From positions 910 through 64,909 of the forward strand of contig JAJZBV010000010.1 in the NCBI GenBank assembly GCA_021851785.1: a stretch of DNA of 64,000 nucleotides, given 5' to 3'. The DNA is from Pseudomonadota bacterium (GTDB lineage Bacteria > Pseudomonadota > Alphaproteobacteria > Acetobacterales > Acetobacteraceae). Below are positions 16,788 through 26,030 of this stretch, piece after piece (positions within the stretch are counted from its first letter, which is position 1; each line of letters starts with the position of its first letter). Under the pieces are notes generated by a model. The model was not told the DNA's origin. It made no database searches and saw only the letters and a program-made list of their open reading frames with translations. A program made the translations under genes and the position numbers.

Positions 16788-16809
16788 TGACGATTATTGA
16801 CAAACGTCA
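16788..16809. promoter_or_regulatory. Candidate operator/promoter dyads TGACG-N12-CGTCA and nested TGAC-N4-GTCA
   Basis: Lies in the 72-bp gap between the TetR stop and the efflux adaptor start. It shares TGAC/GTCA half-sites with the 16111 dyad. Confidence 0.25.
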
Positions 16810-16848
16810 TATCATCAGTCACTCTCCGGCCTCGCCTGGAGAGACGCC

Positions 16849-17940
16849 ATGCCCGCCCTATCCCGCTTCCCACGCCTTTTCGCCGTGATCCTCCCCGTGC
16901 TGCTCGGCGGCTGTCTCGAGCGGACGGTGGCGAGCGTCGATCCGTTGCCGCGCCCGGTGCAGGTGGTTTCGGTCGCGCTCACCACGGACGCCGAGACGCG
17001 CGCCTATAGCGGTGTCATCGCGCCGCGCCGGGCGCCGGTGCTCGGCTTTCGGGCGGGCGGGCGTATCGCCGAGCGCTTGGTCGATATCGGCGCGCATGTG
17101 AAGGCGGGAGACGTGCTGGCGCGGCTCGACCCCAAAGACCTCGCCCTCGCCGTCGGCGGCGCCGAAGCCGATCTTGCCGCCGCCCGCGCCCAGGCGGCGC
17201 AGGCGCTCGCCGATGCCAGGCGCAGCGCCGAACTCCGCCGCGAGGGCTGGACCGCCGCCGCCGCCGACGACGCCAAGCAAGCCGCCGCCCGCACCGCCGA
17301 GGAACGCGCCGCCGCCGCCGCCGCCGCGCTGGCCCTGGCCCAACGCCGGCTATCCGATGGCGAATTGCGCGCCCCCCAGGACGGCGTGATCACCGCCATG
17401 CTGCGTGATCGCGGCAGCGTGGTCGGGGAGGGGGATCCGGTGTTCGAACTCGCCGAGGCCGGCCCGCCCGAGATCGCCGTGCAACTCCCCGAACAGGCAC
17501 TGCCCGACGCCGATCGTCCAGGCGCAAGTGTGACGCTATGGGCACGGCCTGGGGTGGGCATGGCGGCGACACTGCGCGAGCTGGCGCCGAGCGCCGATCC
17601 AAGATTGCGCACCTACGCCGCGCGTTACGTATTGGAGGATGCCCCCGCTTTCGTCGCCTTCGGCATGTCGGCGACGCTCCATCTCCCGGCCCGCGAGACC
17701 GATCGCATCGTCATGCTGCCGGCGGCGGCGCTGATCGATCGCGGGGATGGGCCGAGTGTCTGGCTGGTGGCGCCGGATGGCACGCTGAAAGTGCAAGCGG
17801 TGACGCTTCGCCGCATGGAGCAGGACCGCGTGGTTGTCATCGGGCTCGCCGAAGGCGCGATGGTGGTCGCGCTCGGGGCGCAGAAGCTCGATCCCGGGGC
17901 GCGCGTGCGCATCACCGATACTCGCCCGGCCACCGAGTGA
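16849..17940 (+). CDS. Efflux RND transporter periplasmic adaptor subunit (lipoprotein)
   Basis: 363-aa ORF with lipobox VLLGGC. It has an Ala-rich coiled-coil hairpin and beta-barrel regions typical of the HlyD/AcrA family. Confidence 0.85.
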   Translation: MPALSRFPRLFAVILPVLLGGCLERTVASVDPLPRPVQVVSVALTTDAETRAYSGVIAPRRAPVLGFRAGGRIAERLVDIGAHVKAGDVLARLDPKDLALAVGGAEADLAAARAQAAQALADARRSAELRREGWTAAAADDAKQAAARTAEERAAAAAAALALAQRRLSDGELRAPQDGVITAMLRDRGSVVGEGDPVFELAEAGPPEIAVQLPEQALPDADRPGASVTLWARPGVGMAATLRELAPSADPRLRTYAARYVLEDAPAFVAFGMSATLHLPARETDRIVMLPAAALIDRGDGPSVWLVAPDGTLKVQAVTLRRMEQDRVVVIGLAEGAMVVALGAQKLDPGARVRITDTRPATE

Positions 17941-17963
17941 TCGCGATACGCGCGGGGGGGGGC

Positions 17964-20900
17964 GTGAACGGGTTCAATCTTTCGGCCTGGGCGGTCAGGC
18001 ATCGCGCGCTCACCGGTTTTTTGATCGCGTTGATTTTTGCCGCGGGTGCCCTGTCCTACGCGCGGCTTGGACGGAACGAAGACCCGAATTTCACCGTCAA
18101 ACTGCTGGTGGTTTCCGCGCAATGGCCGGGTGCGACGGCGGAGGAGACACAAAATCTCCTCGCCGAGCCGATCGAGCGCAAGCTGCAGGATCTTGCCCAT
18201 CTCGACAATCTTTTCACCTATGTGCAGCCTGGTCTGGCGGTGACGATGGTGGTGTTCGAGGACTCGGCGCCACCCGCCGAGGTGCCGGAGCTTTTTTACC
18301 AGACACGAAAAAAACTCGACGATCTGCGCCCAAGTCTGCCACGCGGCGTGATCGGCCCTTTCGTTAACGACGAATATACCGATGTCTATGGCGCCGTGTT
18401 CGCGCTGACCGGCGCTGACAACGCTGAGCTGACGCGCCAGGCCGAGCGTGTGCGTGATCAATTGCTCAAAGTGCCGGGGGCAGAAAAAATCACCATCCTT
18501 GGTGAAATTCCGCGCACCATCGATGTGACATTCAAGGAGAGCCGGCTTGCCGCGCTCGGCGTGACGGTGCCCGAGATCGCGCAAGCGATCGCGCGTCAGA
18601 ACGCGCCCGCCCCGGCGGGTCTGATCCAAACCGGAACGACCGAGGTGCCGATCCGCGTCGATGGCGCGCTCACCGGCCCGCGAAGCCTCGCCGATGTGCC
18701 GATCACCGCCAACGGGGCGACGCTCCGGCTCGGCGACATCGCCGAAATCCATCGTGGCTATCAGGATCCGCCGCGATTTTCCATCCGCCATAATGGCGCC
18801 CCGGCGGTGGTGGTTGCGGTCTCCACGCAGCCGCGCGCCAATCGCTTGGCCTTTGGCGCCGCGCTCCGCGAGACGGCCGCGCGCATCCGCGCCGATTTGC
18901 CGACCGGCATCGGTTTGCAGCAAATCGCCGATCAGCCGCAAATCATCGCCGACTCGGTCGATGAGTTCCTGTTCAAATTCTCGGTTGCGCTCGGCGTCGT
19001 GCTCTTGGTCTCGTTCTTCTCGCTCGGGTGGCGGACGGGGATCGTAGTTGCGCTCGCGGTGCCGCTCACCCTTGCCCTGGTTTTCGTGGTGATGGATCTG
19101 CTCGGCATCGAGCTGCAACGTGTCTCGCTCGGCGCGCTCATCATCTCGCTTGGTCTCCTCGTCGATGACGCGATCATCGCGGTCGAGACCATGGTGGTGA
19201 AGCTGGAAGAGGGGTGGGAGCGGCAACGGGCGGCGAGCTTCGCCTGGCAATCGACGGCGTTTCCGATGCTGACCGGAACCTTGGTGACGGCAGCCGGGTT
19301 TTTGCCGATCGGCTTCGCGCGGTCCGCCACCGGCGAATATGCCGGCGGCATTTTCTGGGTCGTCGCCGTGGCGCTGTTGGCAAGCTGGGTGGTCGCGGTG
19401 ATTTTCACCCCCTATCTCGGTGTTCTGTTGCTGCCGACGCCGAAAAAGCCCACCTCGCACGCGGCGATCTATCAGACGCCGCTTTATCAGACGCTGCGGC
19501 GGGTGGTGACGCTCGCGGTGCGTTTTCGCCGCACCGTCACCCTTGCCACCATCGCGCTGTTCGTGCTCTCGCTCGCGGGTGCCGGGCTGGTGAAGCAGCA
19601 ATTTTTCCCCTCGTCGGCGCGGCCGGAGCTGATCGTCGACGTAACCCTGCGCCAGGGGGCGAGCCACGCGGCGACGGTGGCGGCGGTTGGCAAGATCGAA
19701 GCCTTGCTCGCCAATGATCACGATGTGCTGTGGTACACGAGTTACATCGGCGGCGGCCCGCCGCGCTTCATCCTCTCTTTCAATCCGGCGCTGCCCAACG
19801 ATGCGGTTGCGACCCTCGTGATGACGACGCGCGATATGACGGCGCGCGAGCGGGCGCGGACGCGCCTGCTCGCTTTCGCGGCTCGCGAGGGCGTGCCAGA
19901 GGCGCGGCTTCATGTCTCGCGCATCGAACTCGGCCCACCGGTCGGGTTTCCGGTGCAGTTTCGCGTGGTTGGTGACGATCTCGCGCGCGTGCGTCATGCC
20001 GCCGATCTGGTTTTGGCGGCGCTCCGCGAAACGCCCGGCGCGCGCGATGCGCAACTCGCCTGGGGCGAGCGTGCCCCCTCCGTTCGCCTCGCACTCGATC
20101 AGGCGCGGGTGCGCGAACTCGGCCTCGCGCCGGCGGATATCGCGGCGACTCTGGAAACGCTGGTCTCTGGCCTGGTCGCGACCGAGATCCGCGATCGCAC
20201 CAAGCTGGTCGATGTCGTGTTGCGCGCGGCACCCGAGGAGCGGTTGGATCTCACCCATCTCCCCGATCTCGTGGTGCCGAGCGCGGCCGGGCCGTTGCCG
20301 CTCGCGCAGATCGCGCGGCTGGTTCCGCAAACCGAAGAGCCGATCCTCTGGCGGCGCAACCGTCAACCTACCCTCACCGTGCAAGCCGAGCTGCAGGACG
20401 GGCTGCAGGCGATGGACGTGACGGCGGCGGCCGAGGCGCGCATCCGGGCGCTTCATCTTCCGTCGGGCGTGCATGTCGAGACCGGCGGCGCGGTGGAAGA
20501 ATCGGCCAAGGCGAATGCCGCGCTGGCCGCGGTGTTCCCGGTGATGGTCGGCGCGCTCCTTTTGTTGCTGATGATCCAGTTGCAGAATCTCCGCCGCGTT
20601 TTGTTGGTTTTGGCGACGATGCCGCTCGGGCTGATCGGCGCGGTGCTGGCGCTGCTGGTCGCCGATGCGCCGTTCGGGTTCGTCGCACTGCTCGGCGTGA
20701 TCGCGCTTGGCGGGATGATCATGCGCAACACCATCATTCTCGTCGATCAGGTACGGCAGGATCAGGAGGCGGGCCTGCCGCTCCATGACGCGATCATCGA
20801 GAGCACGGTGCGCCGCGCGCGGCCGGTGGTGTTGACGGCGCTGGCGGCCGCGCTCGCCTTCATCCCGCTCAGTTTCAATATTTTCTGGGGGCCGATGGCG

Positions 20901-21044
20901 CTGGCGATGATCGGCGGCCTCTTGGTGGCAACGGTGCTGACCCTGGTGTTCCTCCCGGCACTCTATGCGCTTGCGTTTCGCGTCCGACATGGCCAGCCGG
21001 CATCTTCGGCCGCGCCGATGAAAGATGTGCTGCCGGTTTCGTAA
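17964..21044 (+). CDS. Efflux RND transporter permease (AcrB/HAE family)
   Basis: Lies within ORF 17538..21044. Start GTG 17964 gives (M)NGFNLSAWAVRHRALTGFLIAL; the alternative GTG 17937 overlaps the adaptor stop. It is about 1026 aa with a 12-TM RND layout. No outer-membrane factor gene follows. Confidence 0.9.
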   Translation: MNGFNLSAWAVRHRALTGFLIALIFAAGALSYARLGRNEDPNFTVKLLVVSAQWPGATAEETQNLLAEPIERKLQDLAHLDNLFTYVQPGLAVTMVVFEDSAPPAEVPELFYQTRKKLDDLRPSLPRGVIGPFVNDEYTDVYGAVFALTGADNAELTRQAERVRDQLLKVPGAEKITILGEIPRTIDVTFKESRLAALGVTVPEIAQAIARQNAPAPAGLIQTGTTEVPIRVDGALTGPRSLADVPITANGATLRLGDIAEIHRGYQDPPRFSIRHNGAPAVVVAVSTQPRANRLAFGAALRETAARIRADLPTGIGLQQIADQPQIIADSVDEFLFKFSVALGVVLLVSFFSLGWRTGIVVALAVPLTLALVFVVMDLLGIELQRVSLGALIISLGLLVDDAIIAVETMVVKLEEGWERQRAASFAWQSTAFPMLTGTLVTAAGFLPIGFARSATGEYAGGIFWVVAVALLASWVVAVIFTPYLGVLLLPTPKKPTSHAAIYQTPLYQTLRRVVTLAVRFRRTVTLATIALFVLSLAGAGLVKQQFFPSSARPELIVDVTLRQGASHAATVAAVGKIEALLANDHDVLWYTSYIGGGPPRFILSFNPALPNDAVATLVMTTRDMTARERARTRLLAFAAREGVPEARLHVSRIELGPPVGFPVQFRVVGDDLARVRHAADLVLAALRETPGARDAQLAWGERAPSVRLALDQARVRELGLAPADIAATLETLVSGLVATEIRDRTKLVDVVLRAAPEERLDLTHLPDLVVPSAAGPLPLAQIARLVPQTEEPILWRRNRQPTLTVQAELQDGLQAMDVTAAAEARIRALHLPSGVHVETGGAVEESAKANAALAAVFPVMVGALLLLLMIQLQNLRRVLLVLATMPLGLIGAVLALLVADAPFGFVALLGVIALGGMIMRNTIILVDQVRQDQEAGLPLHDAIIESTVRRARPVVLTALAAALAFIPLSFNIFWGPMALAMIGGLLVATVLTLVFLPALYALAFRVRHGQPASSAAPMKDVLPVS

Positions 21045-21199
21045 GCCCCGTCGGCAAGCGCGACCTTTTTGGTGGCGTCTCGGCCCACGCCCAGCGCCGC
21101 GCGCAGTTCCTTGATGGTCGTGTCCCGCCTCTGGTCGAGCGGATGCAGGATCAGAGCCGCCTGTGCCTCGATCCGGGCCGACCGACGATCGCCGCCCAA
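21045..21199 (-). pseudogene. Possible relic of an IS630-type transposase N-terminal HTH
   Basis: The minus-frame peptide RIEAQAALILHPLDQRRDTTIKELRAALGV resembles the transposase wHTH segment. There is no DDE domain and no ends. This is recognition by memory only. Confidence 0.25.
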
Positions 21200-21278
21200 C
21201 GCCCGAGGCCGGACATCACCCTGTTCACGGTTGAATAGTCAGACCTCCGGCCGATTCCACCTCCGGCCATCACGCGCG

Positions 21279-21382
21279 AGAGCAACATCCGTTCAGATAG
21301 AATCATCTGAACGGATTAAGTTGCTAGCCAAAACAAAGAGATAGAGAAATATTCGTGAGCCAATGCGAACGGATGTTGCTCT
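21279..21382. repeat. Nested inverted repeats downstream of pqqE
   Basis: AGAGCAACATCCGTTC (21279-21294) has a perfect reverse complement, GAACGGATGTTGCTCT, at 21367-21382. An inner perfect hairpin is CCGTTCAGAT (21289-21298) / ATCTGAACGG (21305-21314). A third, degenerate motif copy, GAACGGATTAAGTTGCT, lies at 21309-21325. Confidence 0.85.
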
Positions 21383-21404
21383 GGCAGGCCGCGGCGGAGG
21401 CTTT

Positions 21405-22526
21405 TCAGGGAACCGTCTCGCTGATGGGCGCCTGGGCGTCGTTGGCGCCAAAGCGGCGATAGACGAAATCCGGCGGGGCTTCGCCGCGCTCGGCGACCGC
21501 TGCCGCCATGACCGCGTGATCGGGGGCGAGATCGCAGGCGGGGTCGGTGCGCGCGGCATCGCCGGTGAGGGCGAAGGCCTGGCAGCGGCAGCCGCCCCAG
21601 TCGATTTCGCGGCGATCGCAGGATTGGCAGGGCTCGGGCATCCAATCGGTGCCGCGAAAGCGCAGGAAAGCTGGATCACGCTGCCAAATCTCGGCGAGCG
21701 ACGTCTCGCGCACCGAGGGGAAGACGAAGCCGGGCAGGGTTTCGGCGGCGTGGCAGGGCATCGCCTTGCCGGCGGGGGAGATATTGATGAACCGCCGCGC
21801 CCAGCCGCCCATGCAGGATTTCGGCCGCCGGGCATAGTAATCGGGGATGACGTAATCGATCACCATCTGCCCCTTGAGACGCAGGCGCGCCGCTTCCACC
21901 ACCGCTGTCGTCGCGTCTAGCTCGGCGCGGCTGGGGAGCAGGGCGGCGCGGTTTTTGAACCCCCAGCCGTAATACTGCACCTGCGCGATCTCCGTCCGCG
22001 CCGCGCCCAGCCCCTCGGCGAGCGCGATCATGCGCGGAACGTTGGCGATGTTCTGGCGGTGGACGACGAAATTGACGGTGAGTGGCAGGCCGGCGGCGCG
22101 GATGCGTGCGGCGGCGGCGAGTTTTCGCGCATGGGCGCCGCGATAGCCGGCGATGCGGTCGGCGTTGTCGGGGTCGACGTCCTGGAAGCTCAACTGGATG
22201 TGGTCGATCCCGGCGCCCATCAGCGCCGCCATGAGGCGGTCATCGAGCTGCACGCCGGAGGTGATGATATTGGTGTAAAGCCCGGAATCGGCGGCATGGC
22301 GGACGAGTTCGGGGAGATCGCGCCGCGCGGTCGGCTCGCCGCCGGTGAAATGGAGTTGCAGGACGCCGATCTTGGCCGCCTCGTCGAACACCCCGAGCCA
22401 TTCCGCGGTGGTCAGTTCCTCGCCGGCGCGCTCCAAGGCGAGCGGGTTCGAGCAATACGGGCATTGCAGCGGGCAGCGATGGGTGAGTTCGACGATGAGC
22501 CCCATCGGCGGTTCGAACCCGGTCAT
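21405..22526 (-). CDS. pqqE: PQQ biosynthesis radical-SAM protein PqqE
   Basis: 373-aa ORF with the CPLQCPYCSNP radical-SAM motif and a C-terminal SPASM Cys cluster. It overlaps the pqqD stop by 4 nt. Confidence 0.95.
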   Translation of the reverse strand: MTGFEPPMGLIVELTHRCPLQCPYCSNPLALERAGEELTTAEWLGVFDEAAKIGVLQLHFTGGEPTARRDLPELVRHAADSGLYTNIITSGVQLDDRLMAALMGAGIDHIQLSFQDVDPDNADRIAGYRGAHARKLAAAARIRAAGLPLTVNFVVHRQNIANVPRMIALAEGLGAARTEIAQVQYYGWGFKNRAALLPSRAELDATTAVVEAARLRLKGQMVIDYVIPDYYARRPKSCMGGWARRFINISPAGKAMPCHAAETLPGFVFPSVRETSLAEIWQRDPAFLRFRGTDWMPEPCQSCDRREIDWGGCRCQAFALTGDAARTDPACDLAPDHAVMAAAVAERGEAPPDFVYRRFGANDAQAPISETVP

Positions 22527-22798
22527 AGCGCGATGGCTCCTTTTTCGGCGAGATCGCCGAGCATCACCGCGACATCGGCGATGATCACGTCGCGCGGGGC
22601 GGAAAAACGGGCGGCGAGATCGTCGGCGATGGCGCCGAGGTTGCGCGTGCCGTCGATCAGCTTCAGGATCTCGACGGCCTGCTCATCGGGCAGGAACAGC
22701 CGCTCGGGCGCCAGCACCACCCAGGTCTCGCGCACCGGATCGAAACGGAATTTCACGCCCGGGCGGAAACGCGGTACCGTGTCATCGGCGAGGGTCAT
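22523..22798 (-). CDS. pqqD: PQQ biosynthesis peptide chaperone PqqD
   Basis: Lies within ORF 22523..22891. The start at MTLADDTVPRFRPGVKFRFD (ATG 22796-22798) forms an ATGA overlap with the pqqC stop. Length is 91 aa. Confidence 0.9.
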   Translation of the reverse strand: MTLADDTVPRFRPGVKFRFDPVRETWVVLAPERLFLPDEQAVEILKLIDGTRNLGAIADDLAARFSAPRDVIIADVAVMLGDLAEKGAIAL

Positions 22799-23535
22799 GC
22801 CGGCGCCGGAACAAACGCCCCCGGCGGCACCAGGCCGGGCGAGACATAGGCGAAATACAAGGCATCGAGCTGCGTCCAGAGGACATCGCATTTGAAGCGG
22901 AGCGCCGCCAGCACCGCTTGTTGGGTCTCGACGCTGTCGGCGTGCGCCTTGACATAGGCGAGGGCGAATTCGACATCGCGCGGCGCCTGGGTCAGCCGCG
23001 GCGTGAAATAGGCGAGGGTCGCCTCGGTGATGAAGGGATAATTGCGCAGCATGCCCGATACCCGCTCGGCGATGATGGTCGGCGAGAACATTTCGGTGAG
23101 CGAGGAGGCGATGCCTTCGAGGATCGGCCGGTCGCGGACGAAATTGACATAGGCATCGACGGCGAACCGCGTCGCCGGCAGGAGGCCGCGCGTGGAAAGA
23201 ACGTAATCGGGATCGAGCCCGACCCCTTCGGCGAGCTTCATCCAGCGCGCGATGCCGCCGCTGCCCGGCGCGTCGCCGTCATGATCGACGATGCGCGAGC
23301 GCCAGGCGCGGCGGAGTTCCGGCGTCGGCAGGCGGGCGAGCAGGAACGCGTCCTTCGCCGGGATGCGGGATTGATAATAGAAGCGGTTGAGCGCCCAGGC
23401 CTGCACCTGGCCGCGGTCGAGCTTGCCGCCATGGAGCGATTTGTGGAACGGGTGGAGGTTATGATAGCGCTCGGCGCCGATCGCGCGGAGCGCCGCTTCC
23501 AGCTCATCGGGCGAAAGCAGGCCGACCGCGGTCAT
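22795..23535 (-). CDS. pqqC: Pyrroloquinoline-quinone synthase PqqC
   Basis: 246-aa ORF with YHNLHPFHKSLHGGKLDRGQVQAWALNRFYYQ. Confidence 0.95.
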   Translation of the reverse strand: MTAVGLLSPDELEAALRAIGAERYHNLHPFHKSLHGGKLDRGQVQAWALNRFYYQSRIPAKDAFLLARLPTPELRRAWRSRIVDHDGDAPGSGGIARWMKLAEGVGLDPDYVLSTRGLLPATRFAVDAYVNFVRDRPILEGIASSLTEMFSPTIIAERVSGMLRNYPFITEATLAYFTPRLTQAPRDVEFALAYVKAHADSVETQQAVLAALRFKCDVLWTQLDALYFAYVSPGLVPPGAFVPAPA

Positions 23536-24452
23536 AACGTGATCTCCATCCCGTCTTCGCCGACGCGCCAGCCGGCGGCCAGAACCGCCGCGTGTTCGGG
23601 GCTGTCGGAAAGCAGGATCGGATTGGAATTATTGATATGGACCAGGATGCGGTGCGGGATCGGGCAGTCGCGGAAGGCGGCGAGGGTGCCGTTTTCGCCG
23701 CCGACGCTGATATGGCCCATGCGGAGGCCGGTCTTGGTGCCGATGCCGGCGCGGATCATCTCATCGTCGCGCCACATCGTGCCGTCGAAGAAGAGGGCAT
23801 CGGCGCCGGCGAGGCGGGCGAGGAGCGATGGGGTGACGCGGGCGCAGCCGGGGATGAAATAGAGGTGTCTTGCACCGTCGCTGATCATCGCGCCCACGGT
23901 CTCCTCGCCCTCGATGATGGCGGGCGCCTCACCGGGGCGTTCGAGATAGAGCGGCACCTTGCCCGGCACCGCGAACAGGGTCAGCGCAAGCCCGCTCGGC
24001 GCGCCGCCGGCGAGCCGGAGCGGCCGCGGCACATCGAGGGTGACCGCCTCGCGCGCCACGACATCGCGCGCCAGAACCTCGAAGACCGGGTTTTCGTCGA
24101 GCACGCCGAGGACGCTCGCGGTCGCGTGGATGGTGAAGGCCTCGCGCTCGCGGAGAGTGAGGAGGCCGGCGATGGCATCGACATTGCCGTCGGTCAACAC
24201 GACACCGGCGATCGGGGTCGAGCGGAGCCCGTGCCGGGGGTGCAAAAACGGCGCCCTTTCGATCTGGGCGCGGAGATCGGGGGTGGCGTTGAGCAAAAAC
24301 CAATGGTCCCCGTCGGCGGAGACGGCGAGCGAGGCCTGATTGCGGGGTTTCGCCGCCGGATCGCCGGCACGCGCACGTCGGCAGCCCTCGGCGTTTGAGT
24401 TCCATTGCGGGAACCCGCCTCCCGCCGCGGCCCCAAGAATAACCGCCCGCAT
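23532..24452 (-). CDS. pqqB: PQQ biosynthesis protein PqqB (MBL fold)
   Basis: 306-aa ORF with MRAVILGAAAGGGFPQWNSN. Confidence 0.95.
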   Translation of the reverse strand: MRAVILGAAAGGGFPQWNSNAEGCRRARAGDPAAKPRNQASLAVSADGDHWFLLNATPDLRAQIERAPFLHPRHGLRSTPIAGVVLTDGNVDAIAGLLTLREREAFTIHATASVLGVLDENPVFEVLARDVVAREAVTLDVPRPLRLAGGAPSGLALTLFAVPGKVPLYLERPGEAPAIIEGEETVGAMISDGARHLYFIPGCARVTPSLLARLAGADALFFDGTMWRDDEMIRAGIGTKTGLRMGHISVGGENGTLAAFRDCPIPHRILVHINNSNPILLSDSPEHAAVLAAGWRVGEDGMEITL

Positions 24453-24480
24453 TATTTTCTCGATTACTTGGTCAAATAGA

Positions 24481-24517
24481 AAACGCCGCCGGAGGCGAGG
24501 CCTCGCGGCGGCGTTTT
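24481..24517 (-). terminator. Stem-loop (attenuator/partial terminator) between pqqA and pqqB
   Basis: AAACGCCGCC (24481-24490) pairs with GGCGGCGTTT (24507-24516), and the inner pair is GCGAGG/CCTCGC. On the transcribed strand the stem is followed by TTTTCTATTT. Confidence 0.5.
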
Positions 24518-24524
24518 CGCGAAA

Positions 24525-24605
24525 TTACTTCGCTTCGGCGCAGGCGTAGCTGTTGATTTCAGCGCCGAGCGCGATTTCAACGATCTTCGGGGATTTCCAG
24601 GCCAT
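24525..24605 (-). CDS. pqqA: PQQ precursor peptide PqqA (26 aa; below the ORF-track size cutoff)
   Basis: The reverse complement reads GGAGGCAACACC-ATG MAWKSPKIVEIALGAEINSYACAEAK-TAA. The conserved E-x3-Y (EINSY) is present, and the gene sits directly upstream of pqqB. Confidence 0.9.
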   Translation of the reverse strand: MAWKSPKIVEIALGAEINSYACAEAK

Positions 24606-24883
24606 GGTGTTGCCTCCTAATGACAAAGAATCTTGTGGGTTCCATTATGTGGCGGCCAGTATTGAGCCCAGTCATGCACTCAAGTTCCACGCGGTAACTG
24701 AACCACCAGATCGGGAAGGCGCTCGAGTACGAGCAAACCCTCCGACCTGGGATCGTATCTAAACGACTTCCCGCCACCTCGCAAACTGATTTTCTCGATC
24801 GGCCTCATCAAAAAACCGATCAAGGCGCGCGTTCGGCGGCCGGGATCGGGGCGTGCCGGGCGCGCGGACGCGGCCGAATTGTT

Positions 24884-24899
24884 ATATTCATTTAAATAT
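24884..24899. promoter_or_regulatory. AT-rich dyad ATATT-N6-AATAT, possible LysR-type box or promoter element
   Basis: It is an isolated AT-rich palindrome in a GC-rich spacer, ~70 nt upstream of the LysR gene start. It lies in the region divergent from pqqA. Confidence 0.25.
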
Positions 24900-24967
24900 C
24901 ACAAGATGTCGGGCGCTTGCCAGAAATTGAGCCGGCGTCTAAGTGGCGGGCGGAAGGATCGTGCCAC

Positions 24968-25861
24968 GTGATCGAGAAACTGGAATATCTTCTGGCCTTG
25001 GCGCGTGAGCGGCATTTCGGCCATGCCGCCGAGATCTGCGGCGTGACGCAGCCGACCTTGTCGGCCGGCATCAAGCAGTTGGAGGAGACGCTCGGCGTGC
25101 TCCTGGTCCAGCGCGGCTCGCGCTTTCTCGGCTTCACCCCGGAGGGCGAGCGCACGCTGGATTGGGCGCGCCGCATCGTCGCCGATACCCGCGCCATGCG
25201 CCAGGAAATCCGCGCGCTCAAACAGGGGCTCGCCGGCAATCTCAAAATCGCCGTCATCCCGACCGCGCTCGCCATGGTGGCGCAGCTCACCACCCCCTAT
25301 CGCGAGCGCCATCCCGGCGTCACCTTCTCCATCCTCTCCTCGACCTCGATCGCGACGCTGGCGCTGCTCGAAAATCTCGAGGTCGATGCCGGCATCACCT
25401 ATCTCGACAACGAGCCGCTCGGCCGGGTGCGCACGGTGCCGCTCTATCACGAGCGCTATTGCCTGATCACCGCGCCGCAGGCGCCGCTCGGCGATCGCGC
25501 GAAAGTGTCCTGGGAGGATGTCGCGCAGATTCCGCTCTGCCTCCTCACCCCGGACATGCAGAACCGGCGCATTCTCGACCGGATGCTGCGCCTGACCGGG
25601 CGGCCGGCGATGCCGACGCTGGAATCGAATTCGATGGTGGTGCTGTGGTCGCATGTCCGCACCGGGCATTGGGCGAGCGTGATGCCGATCAAACTCGCCG
25701 CCATGCTCGGGCTGAGTGACGCCGTGCGGGCGATTCCGATCGAAGGCGGGCCACCGAGCCCGACGGTCGGCCTCGTCGTGCCCTACCGCGAGCCGATGAC
25801 GCCATTGACCGCGGCGCTCGTCACCCAGGCGCAGATCACCGCGCCCAGCCTGGAGGCGTAA
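24968..25861 (+). CDS. LysR family transcriptional regulator (possibly the fds or pqq regulator)
   Basis: Lies within ORF 24917..25861. Start GTG 24968 gives (M)IEKLEYLLALARERHFGHAAEICGVTQPTLSAGIKQLE. Confidence 0.85.
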   Translation: MIEKLEYLLALARERHFGHAAEICGVTQPTLSAGIKQLEETLGVLLVQRGSRFLGFTPEGERTLDWARRIVADTRAMRQEIRALKQGLAGNLKIAVIPTALAMVAQLTTPYRERHPGVTFSILSSTSIATLALLENLEVDAGITYLDNEPLGRVRTVPLYHERYCLITAPQAPLGDRAKVSWEDVAQIPLCLLTPDMQNRRILDRMLRLTGRPAMPTLESNSMVVLWSHVRTGHWASVMPIKLAAMLGLSDAVRAIPIEGGPPSPTVGLVVPYREPMTPLTAALVTQAQITAPSLEA

Positions 25862-26030
25862 ATTTCTCGAGGTGTAAATCCACCTCGGCGGTTCACGAGC
25901 GATGGCCGCTAAAAACCAATTCTTAATCGTGATGTTCTATTGCGTCACGGCATACCTGCCTTGATCACGCCGCATCTTATGCGCATCTGATCCTCATGGG
26001 ATCGCCGACGATCCAAGGACAACGAGATTC

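Noticed and set aside
17625-20990. 1121-aa minus-strand ORF.
   Set aside because: It is antisense to the RND permease, and its composition is Arg/Gly/His/Gln-rich and non-protein-like.
24553-24762. 69-aa plus-strand ORF over the pqqA region.
   Set aside because: It is antisense to the well-supported pqqA peptide gene and its promoter region, and no motifs were seen.
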